A DNA stretch of 64,000 nucleotides from contig JAHLVW010000036.1 in the NCBI GenBank assembly GCA_019058275.1, forward strand, positions 89,322 through 153,321, in the 5' to 3' direction. A program made the translations under genes and the position numbers. Numbering within the stretch: the first letter of the stretch is position 1; each line of letters opens with the position of its first letter. Positions 1-8,361 of the stretch are shown piece after piece. Source of the stretch: Candidatus Heimdallarchaeota archaeon. GTDB lineage: Archaea > Asgardarchaeota > Heimdallarchaeia > JABLTI01. The notes beneath the pieces were generated by a model, which was not told where the DNA came from, did no database searches, and saw nothing but the letters and a program-made list of their open reading frames with translations.

Positions 1-11
1 TTCATCAAGTC

Positions 12-467
12 TTATGGAAATAAATCTATTACAATTTTAACTGCATCAACAACAAATTTTGGGCAGATTGTACTAAAAATTCCTTCATCGTTTCCCTTCT
101 GGCGAGCATCAGGATTTGTCATATCGAATCCAACAAGTTCATTACAAATTGGCGTATCATGAATTTCACTGAATTTCTCAATTAACTCAGCAGTTGATTT
201 GTATGTTGCAGCTTTAAGTTCTGATCTGTCATCAATTGTTTGTTCATGTATAACTCCTATAGCCATAATTGCTCCAGTTAAGGTCCCACATATTTCACCT
301 CTACGACTAATACCTCCACCAAATCCTGCAGCAACCATAGGAGCTTCGTTAAAATATAATCCCTTGTGCTCAAGTACTGTTCTTAAAACTGCTTGTGCAC
401 AATTATATCCAGTAGCGAAGTAATCTTTAGCTATTTTTTCAATATCATCTGTCATCTTGTAACTCAA
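12..467 (-). CDS. C-GCAxxG-C-C family putative redox-active protein
   Basis: Motifs YNCAQAV, GFGGGI, ICGTLTGA, PICNEL, ICPKFV. The true start may be the ATG of MTDDIE. Confidence 0.85.
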   Translation of the reverse strand: MSYKMTDDIEKIAKDYFATGYNCAQAVLRTVLEHKGLYFNEAPMVAAGFGGGISRRGEICGTLTGAIMAIGVIHEQTIDDRSELKAATYKSTAELIEKFSEIHDTPICNELVGFDMTNPDARQKGNDEGIFSTICPKFVVDAVKIVIDLFP

Positions 468-514
468 ACCATAAATCTGTTGATAGTTTTATCACAAAAA
501 TGGTTATAAGTATT

Positions 515-1366
515 TCACTCAAGTGGATTATTTTCTTCCTTTTCAACTTTTTTTGGTTTGAGATACATGTAGTAATAGAGAATAGCAAATGCTAATAATC
601 CCATGCCTGTTGAAAAGAGAACATCTGAAGCAAAATGGGCTCCCACAACAACTCGAGAGCAAGCAACAAAAAAGCCCCAAAGGAAAACAAAACCAACAGT
701 AATTATTTTCATAGGATCCTTAGTTTCTTTTTCTCTGACAAGTACAAGTAATGGCAGTACCATCCATCCCATTGCAGTATGCCCTGATGGAAAACTCATA
801 TGACGTATAGTTGGTTCGGGTGGTAAATACCAAGGAGTATAAAATTCAAATCCCATGTCTACTAAATCTCTAAAACGAACACGCCCACAAAGCAATTTGG
901 TAATTTGAACAAAGCCTAATGGATTTATTATCGATAGTAGTAAAACTAACCATGCGAATTTTTTGTAATTATTCAAGTCTCTATTTAACTCTAAAAATGA
1001 AAAAATTAAAACTGAACCAGCAATAGATCCACAAATAGTGGCTGCTTTGGGAGTATAATCAAATAAGAAGTAAATCATCAAGGTAATTCCAATTGCACTT
1101 ATAACAAAAGCTGGTATTTTTTGCATTTTAGTTTTCTTAATAAAGCTACCAAAAAGCACTGCAATTGATATGCCAATTAATCCAAATCCTGGTGTTTCTC
1201 CATAATCCGCTCCAAAATTTCCCCACCATGATTCAAAATTAACAACTGCATTAGAAATTTGAAGATCATATATACCAAAAACAATAGCAAGAATAATCCA
1301 AGGAATGAATATTGCCAATAAGGCAATTAAAAGAAATTGCTGTCGCTTATTTTCCAAAACATTCAT
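515..1366 (-). CDS. PAP2 family membrane phosphatase
   Basis: K-x4-R-x-R (TKLLCGRVRF), SFPSGH and SR-x4-AHF-x-SD motifs, with multiple TM segments. Confidence 0.9.
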   Translation of the reverse strand: MNVLENKRQQFLLIALLAIFIPWIILAIVFGIYDLQISNAVVNFESWWGNFGADYGETPGFGLIGISIAVLFGSFIKKTKMQKIPAFVISAIGITLMIYFLFDYTPKAATICGSIAGSVLIFSFLELNRDLNNYKKFAWLVLLLSIINPLGFVQITKLLCGRVRFRDLVDMGFEFYTPWYLPPEPTIRHMSFPSGHTAMGWMVLPLLVLVREKETKDPMKIITVGFVFLWGFFVACSRVVVGAHFASDVLFSTGMGLLAFAILYYYMYLKPKKVEKEENNPLE

Positions 1367-1565
1367 TCTTATAATTCAGTAATATCTGACATATTTAGGT
1401 TTTGAAACAAGAAAAAAACTAGTAAATCTTAATCGTCTGATAAGTCAACAGCAATTCTAAGTTTAGCATGTTGTCAATTTTTTGGGAAATTCCCAAAGCA
1501 AATCAAGAGATAAATAAATATAGTGCACTGCTTTTTCATAAGACAGAAATTGCTGTACAAAGTGT

Positions 1566-2495
1566 GTGAACTCAGTGGGTAAGAAACAGGAAGAAAAACT
1601 CGAAGCTTTAAAGTCTAATTTTGAACGTAGTGCAACAGAACAATATATTCAGGTTAATGATGGAAATCAATTGAGGGTACTTTCCTTTATTAGGGAAGAA
1701 CAAACTGTAAATGAAATTGAAGTTATGTTTATACCAGGTTTATTAACGATTTTTCCTCGCTGGGAAAAGGTGGTCAAAGAGTTAAACAAACACTATACAG
1801 TTCATTATATTGAGAGCCGAGAGAAAATCTCTAGTAAACTCCTAAAAAGAGCATCTCTTGATCTGCGAAAAATTTGGAAGGATCTTTCAAACATCGAAAA
1901 AACTCTTGGTTTGGACAAGAAAAGATATATTACAATCTCAAGCTCAATGGGTGGATCTATGATTATTGAGAATTTAGCAACAAATGAGTTATCACCCATA
2001 GGTTCAATACTAATTGGTCCTGGTGTTAAGGTTCACTTTCCTAAATGGGTTCCCATATTTCTCCATGTCTTTCCAGCATTTGGCATGCGAATGTTAAAAC
2101 CACTCATTCGATGGTATCTTAGAACTTTTACAGTTGATGCTAAGAAAGAACCTAAACAAGCTAAACAATATACACGTTCTGTGAATGAAGCAGACATGCC
2201 TAAACTCAGAAAATGGATAATTAAGAATGCTAACAAATACAATGGATGGCATCTTTTACCTAAAATCGAAGATAGGATAATACTAATAGCTGCTTCAACT
2301 GATAAAGTTCACAAAAGTGACTTCTCAGCTAAAGTATCTGAAGCATTGTCTAATTGCACCTATGTTGATCTCGGAACCAATGAAGCAGCTCATGACACTC
2401 CTCTCGTTGAATTAGCAATAGAATTTACTAATGAACTTCAGGGTATAGGTCCAAAAGTTGTAGAACGTGATTTATTAAGTAGAGATAAGTATTAG
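1566..2495 (+). CDS. Alpha/beta-fold hydrolase
   Basis: FIPG oxyanion strand, SSSMGG nucleophile elbow, TDKVH Asp and AAHD His. Confidence 0.75.
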   Translation: MNSVGKKQEEKLEALKSNFERSATEQYIQVNDGNQLRVLSFIREEQTVNEIEVMFIPGLLTIFPRWEKVVKELNKHYTVHYIESREKISSKLLKRASLDLRKIWKDLSNIEKTLGLDKKRYITISSSMGGSMIIENLATNELSPIGSILIGPGVKVHFPKWVPIFLHVFPAFGMRMLKPLIRWYLRTFTVDAKKEPKQAKQYTRSVNEADMPKLRKWIIKNANKYNGWHLLPKIEDRIILIAASTDKVHKSDFSAKVSEALSNCTYVDLGTNEAAHDTPLVELAIEFTNELQGIGPKVVERDLLSRDKY

Positions 2496-2523
2496 GGTGC
2501 AGAAGATACAAAGTAAACGAAAT

Positions 2524-2631
2524 TTAAAAATCATATACACCAAAATCAATTGCCAGAACAATCCAAGGAATAAATATTGCCAATAAGCTAATCAATAGAA
2601 ACAGTTGTTGCTTATTTTCCAAAACATTCAT
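2524..2631 (-). pseudogene. Truncated duplicate of the 5' end of the PAP2 gene
   Basis: Translates MNVLENKQQLFLLISLLAIFIPWIVLAIDFGVYDF*, near-identical to the N-terminus of 515..1366. CAA has become TAA, and the upstream ~35 nt is duplicated too. Confidence 0.85.
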
Positions 2632-2693
2632 TCTTATAATTCAGCAATATCTTGCATATTTAGGATTTTTATTAAAAAAATGATTAATGTATC

Positions 2694-2924
2694 TTAATCT
2701 TCTGAAAGGTCAATAGGAACTCTAGGTTTAGCTGGACCAAACAAACGTAAAGCGTAACTAACTAGAATTAATAAAATCAATATACTAAGTGTTAAGTAAA
2801 TGTAGTTGTAGAGTTCTGAAGGATTAGCAAAAATTCGTATAATGCTGATAATTAAACCTGGAACGGTTACTACTGCGATTAATAACATCATGAGTAATAT
2901 TGATTTTAGTGTTGCTTGTACCAA
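2694..2924 (-). CDS. Small two-TM membrane protein, unknown function
   Basis: Two hydrophobic helices; GAGGA RBS-like sequence upstream of the TTG. Confidence 0.6.
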   Translation of the reverse strand: MVQATLKSILLMMLLIAVVTVPGLIISIIRIFANPSELYNYIYLTLSILILLILVSYALRLFGPAKPRVPIDLSED

Positions 2925-2979
2925 GTACTTCCTCTCAAATATATAATAAAGAAAACTTATCTTTAATATTATTGCCTAA

Positions 2980-3287
2980 TCAATCACTTGTTTTCTTATC
3001 CAGAATTTCTTGTAGCATAACAGCTAATTCTTGAGTGCAAGAGCTTGCTCTTCTGCAACCAGCTTCTTTTAGCTCATCAATAGGAATATCTTCTGCTTTC
3101 TTGTCTCTAATCAATATAGACATTGATTTATTATGACCTATACAACCTTTCTTACCTTCAATTGTAAGATTTCTTATGATAGTTTTTCCTACATCTTCTT
3201 CTATTTCAAAAATAAATTCTGTTTTACAGGTATCTGTTCCTTCTGCTGGTTTGAAGTATGAGTATAGATTTTACCCAATACATTCAT
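2980..3287 (-). pseudogene. TSCPD-domain (TIGR03905-like, NrdJ C-terminus-like) small protein with a 1-nt frameshift near the 5' end; absent from the ORF track
   Basis: Manual translation: MNVLGKIYTHT/FKPAEGTDTCKTEFIFEI...KKGCIGHNKSMSILI...LKEAGCRRASSCTQELA...*, with four Cys in TSCPD spacing. Span is 308 nt, one short of 309. Confidence 0.7.
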
Positions 3288-3495
3288 CTCTTTAATTTCT
3301 AGTTCTTTCAAATGATTTAATCTTTAAATAAATGGTTACTTAGATTGTAAAAGTGGTGATAAGTTTACATCAACTCTTACATGATTTTTTTCAATAATTT
3401 AGGGATTGTAATCTATCATTAAATGGTATGTGTTTGGCATTCTTGCTCCAATATTGATCAATGTTACCAATTTGAAATTAAGTGAAGGGTATATT

Positions 3496-3560
3496 TGTTC
3501 AGTAAAATTAGTACTATTATTCAACAAAACATTTAATAATGTTCAGCTTAAATAGGTATT
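3496..3560 (+). promoter_or_regulatory. Candidate operator repeats flanking a TATA-like box upstream of the ArsR-GyrI regulator
   Basis: TGTTCAGTAAAATTAGTA (3496) and TGTTCAGCTTAAATAGGTA (3540) lie 44 nt apart, on either side of TTTAATAA (3532-3539). Confidence 0.4.
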
Positions 3561-3574
3561 TGTGAGATGAAATA

Positions 3575-4441
3575 ATGATGGAAAATTTCGATGATAGAAA
3601 TGATATCGAACTAACAAAAGTTCCATTGGATGATTTAGCAAATATCTTAAGTGCTATTGCAAACAAAAGCAGACTGCAATTAATCGAAGCGTTATTTGAA
3701 GGTCCTAAGGAATTTAGTGAGTTGAAAGAAGTTGTCAAGCTGAGTAAAACAGCACTAGCTCATCATCTGGAGAAATTGGTTCAATTTGGGATAATCAAGA
3801 ATGTTGGTAGAGGGAAGTATAAGATAAATGATGATGGAAAAGAGCTTTTCATAACTGTGAAAGATGTTTACTTTAATTTAGAAGTAAGGAAAAAAATGAA
3901 TGCTAAAAGAAAAGCAGATCATATACAGCAAATGTATTCTTCACGTCATAAAGATGAATTGAAATTTGAATTCATACGTCTTTTACCTATGAGAGTCATT
4001 AGTTTTCATGCTGTAAGTGATACACCAGAAAATGATGCTTGGATAAAGCTTCGCTCTTGGGCTGAACCAAGGGGTTATTTTGAAGATTTAGATAATCATC
4101 CCATATATGGTTTTAATAATCCTAATCCACGACTAGGAGAAAAGGTATACGGTTATGAGTTCTGGCTTGTTGTAGAACCTGATTATGAAACAGATGATGT
4201 TACTGTTAAGGATGTTCCAGAATCATTTAACGTTGTGACTAGATGCCATGTAGAAGATCCAATGAAAGATATTCCAAAAGCATGGGGAAAATTGCTTGAT
4301 TGGATAAAAACCAATAATGTAAAATTTGCTGGAAAATGTGGTTTGGAGAAGGTCATCGATTCAAGTCATTCTAGTGGGGAGTTTATTCTTGATATCTATA
4401 TCCCTATTGTTGAGAGCAGTATCCCAAGAAATTTGAAGTGA
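3575..4441 (+). CDS. ArsR-family HTH regulator fused to a GyrI-like effector-binding domain
   Basis: N-terminal ArsR pattern (IANKSRLQLIEAL...LAHHLEKL); C-terminal GyrI-like pattern (PENDAW..L..W, YGFNNP, YGYEFW, IPKAW..L..W, LDIYIPI). Confidence 0.88.
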   Translation: MMENFDDRNDIELTKVPLDDLANILSAIANKSRLQLIEALFEGPKEFSELKEVVKLSKTALAHHLEKLVQFGIIKNVGRGKYKINDDGKELFITVKDVYFNLEVRKKMNAKRKADHIQQMYSSRHKDELKFEFIRLLPMRVISFHAVSDTPENDAWIKLRSWAEPRGYFEDLDNHPIYGFNNPNPRLGEKVYGYEFWLVVEPDYETDDVTVKDVPESFNVVTRCHVEDPMKDIPKAWGKLLDWIKTNNVKFAGKCGLEKVIDSSHSSGEFILDIYIPIVESSIPRNLK

Positions 4442-5385
4442 TTATTATGCCAGAAGATATTGTTGTTAGGAAACAATTCGAAGAAGCTCTTGAAGCTTTT
4501 ATTGAACAAGTAAAACAAGATGAGAGTATAACTGCTGCTTTATTATTCGGTAGTTTAGTAAAGGGTACAGTATGGAAGAAATCAGATATTGATTTAGTTT
4601 TAATAACTAAAGATCAGAAAACACCACTTCGAGATTTTTGGTTGATGGATGAAGACATAAACATTCAAGTTACAGTTTTTACAAGGAATTCATTCATTAG
4701 ACACCAGCAAAGGTCTTTACAGGGTTCTGGTACACACCATGTATTAACTACTAGCAAAGTCTTGTTTTCTAATGATGAAACCTTAGATGAGTTTATTGAG
4801 AGTATGAAGCAAGTAGGAAGGCGTGATTTTGAGATTGAGATACTTAGGATAATAAATATGGTAATTGGTGATTTAGAAAAAGCAGAAAAATATCTTACCG
4901 TTAATGATGATGTCCTCCAAAGCTACTTGTTTATCACTCGATTACTTGATAGATTTGCTTCAGTTATTGTTATGCTAAATGATGAAATACCTGGAAGAGA
5001 ATCTGTAGAACAAGCTATGAAATTTGAACCGGATTTGTTCAATGAAATATATTCACAAGTGATTATCTGTAAAACAGACAAAAAGACCATGTCTAAAATT
5101 ATTTCTAGAATAAGAAAGTATCTTGAAGATAAAACTCCCATCATTTTCAAGCCTATTATCGATTATATGAAAAAGGAAAGCACTTTTCGAAGTGTAACTG
5201 ATATTGCTAATTTTCTTGATGATAAAGTAAAAACATCTTGGTGGCAGATTGCTGCTATGGCACTAGGTAATTGGTTAGTCGAACTAGGTTACTTAGAGAG
5301 ATCTCCATGTCCTACTAGGTTAACATTAAGAAGTCATCATGAAGTAAACGAAATTGGTTATTATTTTATTGGAGATGAAATATAA
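4438..5385 (+). CDS. Nucleotidyltransferase-domain protein (Pol-beta/KNTase-like) with a helical C-terminal domain
   Basis: LFGSLVKG-x5-SDIDL (GS...DxD) motif. Start may be ATG 4447. The stop overlaps the uvrA start (TAATG). Confidence 0.8.
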   Translation: MIIMPEDIVVRKQFEEALEAFIEQVKQDESITAALLFGSLVKGTVWKKSDIDLVLITKDQKTPLRDFWLMDEDINIQVTVFTRNSFIRHQQRSLQGSGTHHVLTTSKVLFSNDETLDEFIESMKQVGRRDFEIEILRIINMVIGDLEKAEKYLTVNDDVLQSYLFITRLLDRFASVIVMLNDEIPGRESVEQAMKFEPDLFNEIYSQVIICKTDKKTMSKIISRIRKYLEDKTPIIFKPIIDYMKKESTFRSVTDIANFLDDKVKTSWWQIAAMALGNWLVELGYLERSPCPTRLTLRSHHEVNEIGYYFIGDEI

Positions 5386-8276
5386 TGAAAAATTACATAG
5401 AAATTATTGGTGCAAAAGAAAATAATCTAAAGAATGTCACTGTAAAGATTCCTCGAGATAAATTTACTGTGGTAACTGGTGTATCCAGATCTGGGAAATC
5501 CTCACTAGCATTTGATGTATTATATGCTGAAGGACAAAGAAGATTCTTAGAGACTCTTTCAGCTTATGCTAGATCTCGAGTTCCACAAATGAAAAGACCT
5601 GATGTTCAATTTATCAAAGGATTATCTCCAATTGTAAGTATAGATCAAAAACGAGGTATAAGTAATCCTAGATCAACAGTTGGTAGTTTAACAGATGTGG
5701 GAAGCTATGTTAGGTTACTATATTCAGTTATAGGAGATGCGTATTGTCCTTATTGCGATCATCAGATTAGTATCAAAACAGCTGGTCAATTAGCTGATGA
5801 AATTGGATCTTTACCAGAAGGAGCTATTATAGAGGTTCGTTCTATTCTCTTCAAAGTTTATGGAGAAGATTATCAGTATTTACTCGATCAAATAAGAAAT
5901 CATGGTTATAGACGCTTTAGGATTAATAATGAAGTATTTGACATAGGAAAAGAGATTGAATTAGATGCAGATAATGACTATCAAATAGAAGCGATTATTG
6001 ACAAATTTACTGTTAAGGGAGATATCTATAAGCAAATTATCGAAACAATCGAAAATGCATTTTTCATTGGTCAGAAATTAATTATTATAGAGGTATTAAA
6101 TTCAAAAGAGATTAAGGTTGATTTGAAGGATTTCTTTAGTTTCATGTGTCCGGAACATCATACTGTTTGTGGTGAATTATTACCTTGGTTTTTCACATCA
6201 AATGATCCTGAAAGTGCTTGTGTGACATGTGCTGGATTAGGCACTCAATTTAGAGCTTCTCCATTCTTAATTGTGAATGATGAAAATAAAACTATAAGAG
6301 ATGGAGCATTAGATACCAGAATCTTTAATTTTAGTCAGAAAACATACAAGCGATTCAATAATATGGATGGAGTTATGATGCATAGTTTAGCAGAACATTA
6401 TAACTTCAGCTGGGATGATACATTCAAGGATTTACCTGAAAAAATACGAAATATTCTTTTTTATGGTTCAGAAGGTGAGAAGATAGAAATAATCATTCCT
6501 CCTGATGCCCCTATTCAAGATGATAAAAATAAAGGTAAGCTAGTTGCTTGGGAAGGCTATATTTCTAGAATTGATCGTTGGTACAAAAGAGTCACTAATC
6601 AAAGAACTCCGAAGTCATACGAAGAGGATATGTACAAACGAGTAATGGTAGAACAAACATGCCCTGATTGTAAAGGGTTGAAATTACAAAAACATCGAAC
6701 GTTCATACGCATTAAGAACAAGAGTATATTTGAAGTAAATTCACTGCCTCTAGATGAACTGTTTGAATTTCTTGGGAAATTAGATATCTCTGAGGAAAAA
6801 AAACACCTAGCATTACCTGTTCTTGAGGAAATTAACAAACGACTTAAGGTTATGATTCGAATTGGTTTGGATTACATTAGCTTGAATAGAAGAACAGATA
6901 CACTATCTGGTGGGGAGCTACAAAGAACAAAACTGTCTACACAAATTGGTTCAGAACTAATGGGATTAATGTTTGTTCTTGATGAACCTTCGATTGGTCT
7001 ACATCCCAGAGATTCTCATAAACTGATTACTGTGCTAAAGGAAATGCGCGACCTTGGAAATACAGTCATTGTCATTGAGCATGACGTTGATACAATACAA
7101 GCTGCTGATCATTTAATTGAAATGGGACCTGGTCCAGGAATTTATGGTGGAGAATTGGTAGCTCAAGGCACTATTAATGAAATAATGAATCACAAAACCT
7201 CAATTACTGGTCAGTATTTATCTGGTGTGAAAAAGATAGCTACTCCATCAAAACGAAGAAAATCAAATGGTCATTCGCTGGTAATAAAAGGTGCTCGAGA
7301 AAATAATCTGAAAAATCTGAATGTAAAAATACCTTTAGGGAATTTTGTATGTATAACTGGAGTATCCGGATCTGGAAAAAGCAGTTTGATTCATGAAATC
7401 CTTTACAAGAAACTCTATTCAATATTCAGAGATAAAAGAATCTTACCTGGAAAGCATAATGCAGTTGAAGGAACAGAGTTTTTAGAAGATGTTAGAAATA
7501 TTGATCAAACTCCTATTGGTAGATCAGCCAGATCAAATCCTGCTACTTACATTGGTTTCTTTGATAAAATAAGACGAATATTTACTAATTTAGAAGAATC
7601 AAAAGCAAGAGGTTATAATGTAGGCCATTTTAGCTTCAATGCTAGTACTGGTGGAAGATGTCCAGAATGTAGAGGCTGGGGTAGGATTGTAACACCATTA
7701 CAATATATGGCTGATATTGAATCGATATGTCCTGTCTGCAAAGGAGCACGATTTAGAAAAGAGATTTTAGAAATAAAATACAAGAATAAGACAATTGCTG
7801 ATGTCCTAGATATGAGTGTTGAAGAAGCATTAGAATTTTTTAAAGATGATAACTACCTTGTAAATAAACTAAAAGTGATGAAAGATTTAGGATTAAGTTA
7901 TCTGAAAATCGGACAATCATCCTCAACTATTTCAGGTGGAGAAGCTCAACGAATAAAATTGGCTCAAGAACTAGGCAAAATGAAACGAAGAAAAAACAAT
8001 TTGTATATTTTGGATGAGCCTACTACAGGTTTACATCTAGCAGATATTCAATGTTTACTTGATATTATCAATCGTTTAGTGGATGAAGGAAACACTGTTC
8101 TAGTTGTTGAGCATAATCTTGACGTCATAAAAACGGCTGATCATGTTATTGATCTTGGACCTGAAGGAGGAAAACTAGGTGGCGAGCTTGTTGCACAAGG
8201 AACTCCCGAGGACAATGTAAAAATTTCTTCTTCATACACCGGTCAACATCTACAAAAATTTATTAATGCTTCATAG
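5385..8276 (+). CDS. uvrA: Excinuclease ABC subunit A (UvrA family)
   Basis: GAKENNLKNV, two ABC ATPase cassettes (LSGGE/ISGGE, LDEPS/LDEPT), Zn-finger CxxC pairs and a UvrB-interaction-like insert. First Walker A reads GVSRSGKS. Confidence 0.95.
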   Translation: MKNYIEIIGAKENNLKNVTVKIPRDKFTVVTGVSRSGKSSLAFDVLYAEGQRRFLETLSAYARSRVPQMKRPDVQFIKGLSPIVSIDQKRGISNPRSTVGSLTDVGSYVRLLYSVIGDAYCPYCDHQISIKTAGQLADEIGSLPEGAIIEVRSILFKVYGEDYQYLLDQIRNHGYRRFRINNEVFDIGKEIELDADNDYQIEAIIDKFTVKGDIYKQIIETIENAFFIGQKLIIIEVLNSKEIKVDLKDFFSFMCPEHHTVCGELLPWFFTSNDPESACVTCAGLGTQFRASPFLIVNDENKTIRDGALDTRIFNFSQKTYKRFNNMDGVMMHSLAEHYNFSWDDTFKDLPEKIRNILFYGSEGEKIEIIIPPDAPIQDDKNKGKLVAWEGYISRIDRWYKRVTNQRTPKSYEEDMYKRVMVEQTCPDCKGLKLQKHRTFIRIKNKSIFEVNSLPLDELFEFLGKLDISEEKKHLALPVLEEINKRLKVMIRIGLDYISLNRRTDTLSGGELQRTKLSTQIGSELMGLMFVLDEPSIGLHPRDSHKLITVLKEMRDLGNTVIVIEHDVDTIQAADHLIEMGPGPGIYGGELVAQGTINEIMNHKTSITGQYLSGVKKIATPSKRRKSNGHSLVIKGARENNLKNLNVKIPLGNFVCITGVSGSGKSSLIHEILYKKLYSIFRDKRILPGKHNAVEGTEFLEDVRNIDQTPIGRSARSNPATYIGFFDKIRRIFTNLEESKARGYNVGHFSFNASTGGRCPECRGWGRIVTPLQYMADIESICPVCKGARFRKEILEIKYKNKTIADVLDMSVEEALEFFKDDNYLVNKLKVMKDLGLSYLKIGQSSSTISGGEAQRIKLAQELGKMKRRKNNLYILDEPTTGLHLADIQCLLDIINRLVDEGNTVLVVEHNLDVIKTADHVIDLGPEGGKLGGELVAQGTPEDNVKISSSYTGQHLQKFINAS

Positions 8277-8361
8277 TGATTATTCAAAGAATCTCTTATC
8301 AACGTAATTCCATATAACTTAAAGACTTGAAGATTCAAATATAGTTAGAAGTCTGTTTGAT

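Noticed and set aside
4438-5385. MNT-HEPN toxin-antitoxin pair
   Set aside because: It is a single long protein without an RxxxxH HEPN RNase motif and has no adjacent small partner gene.
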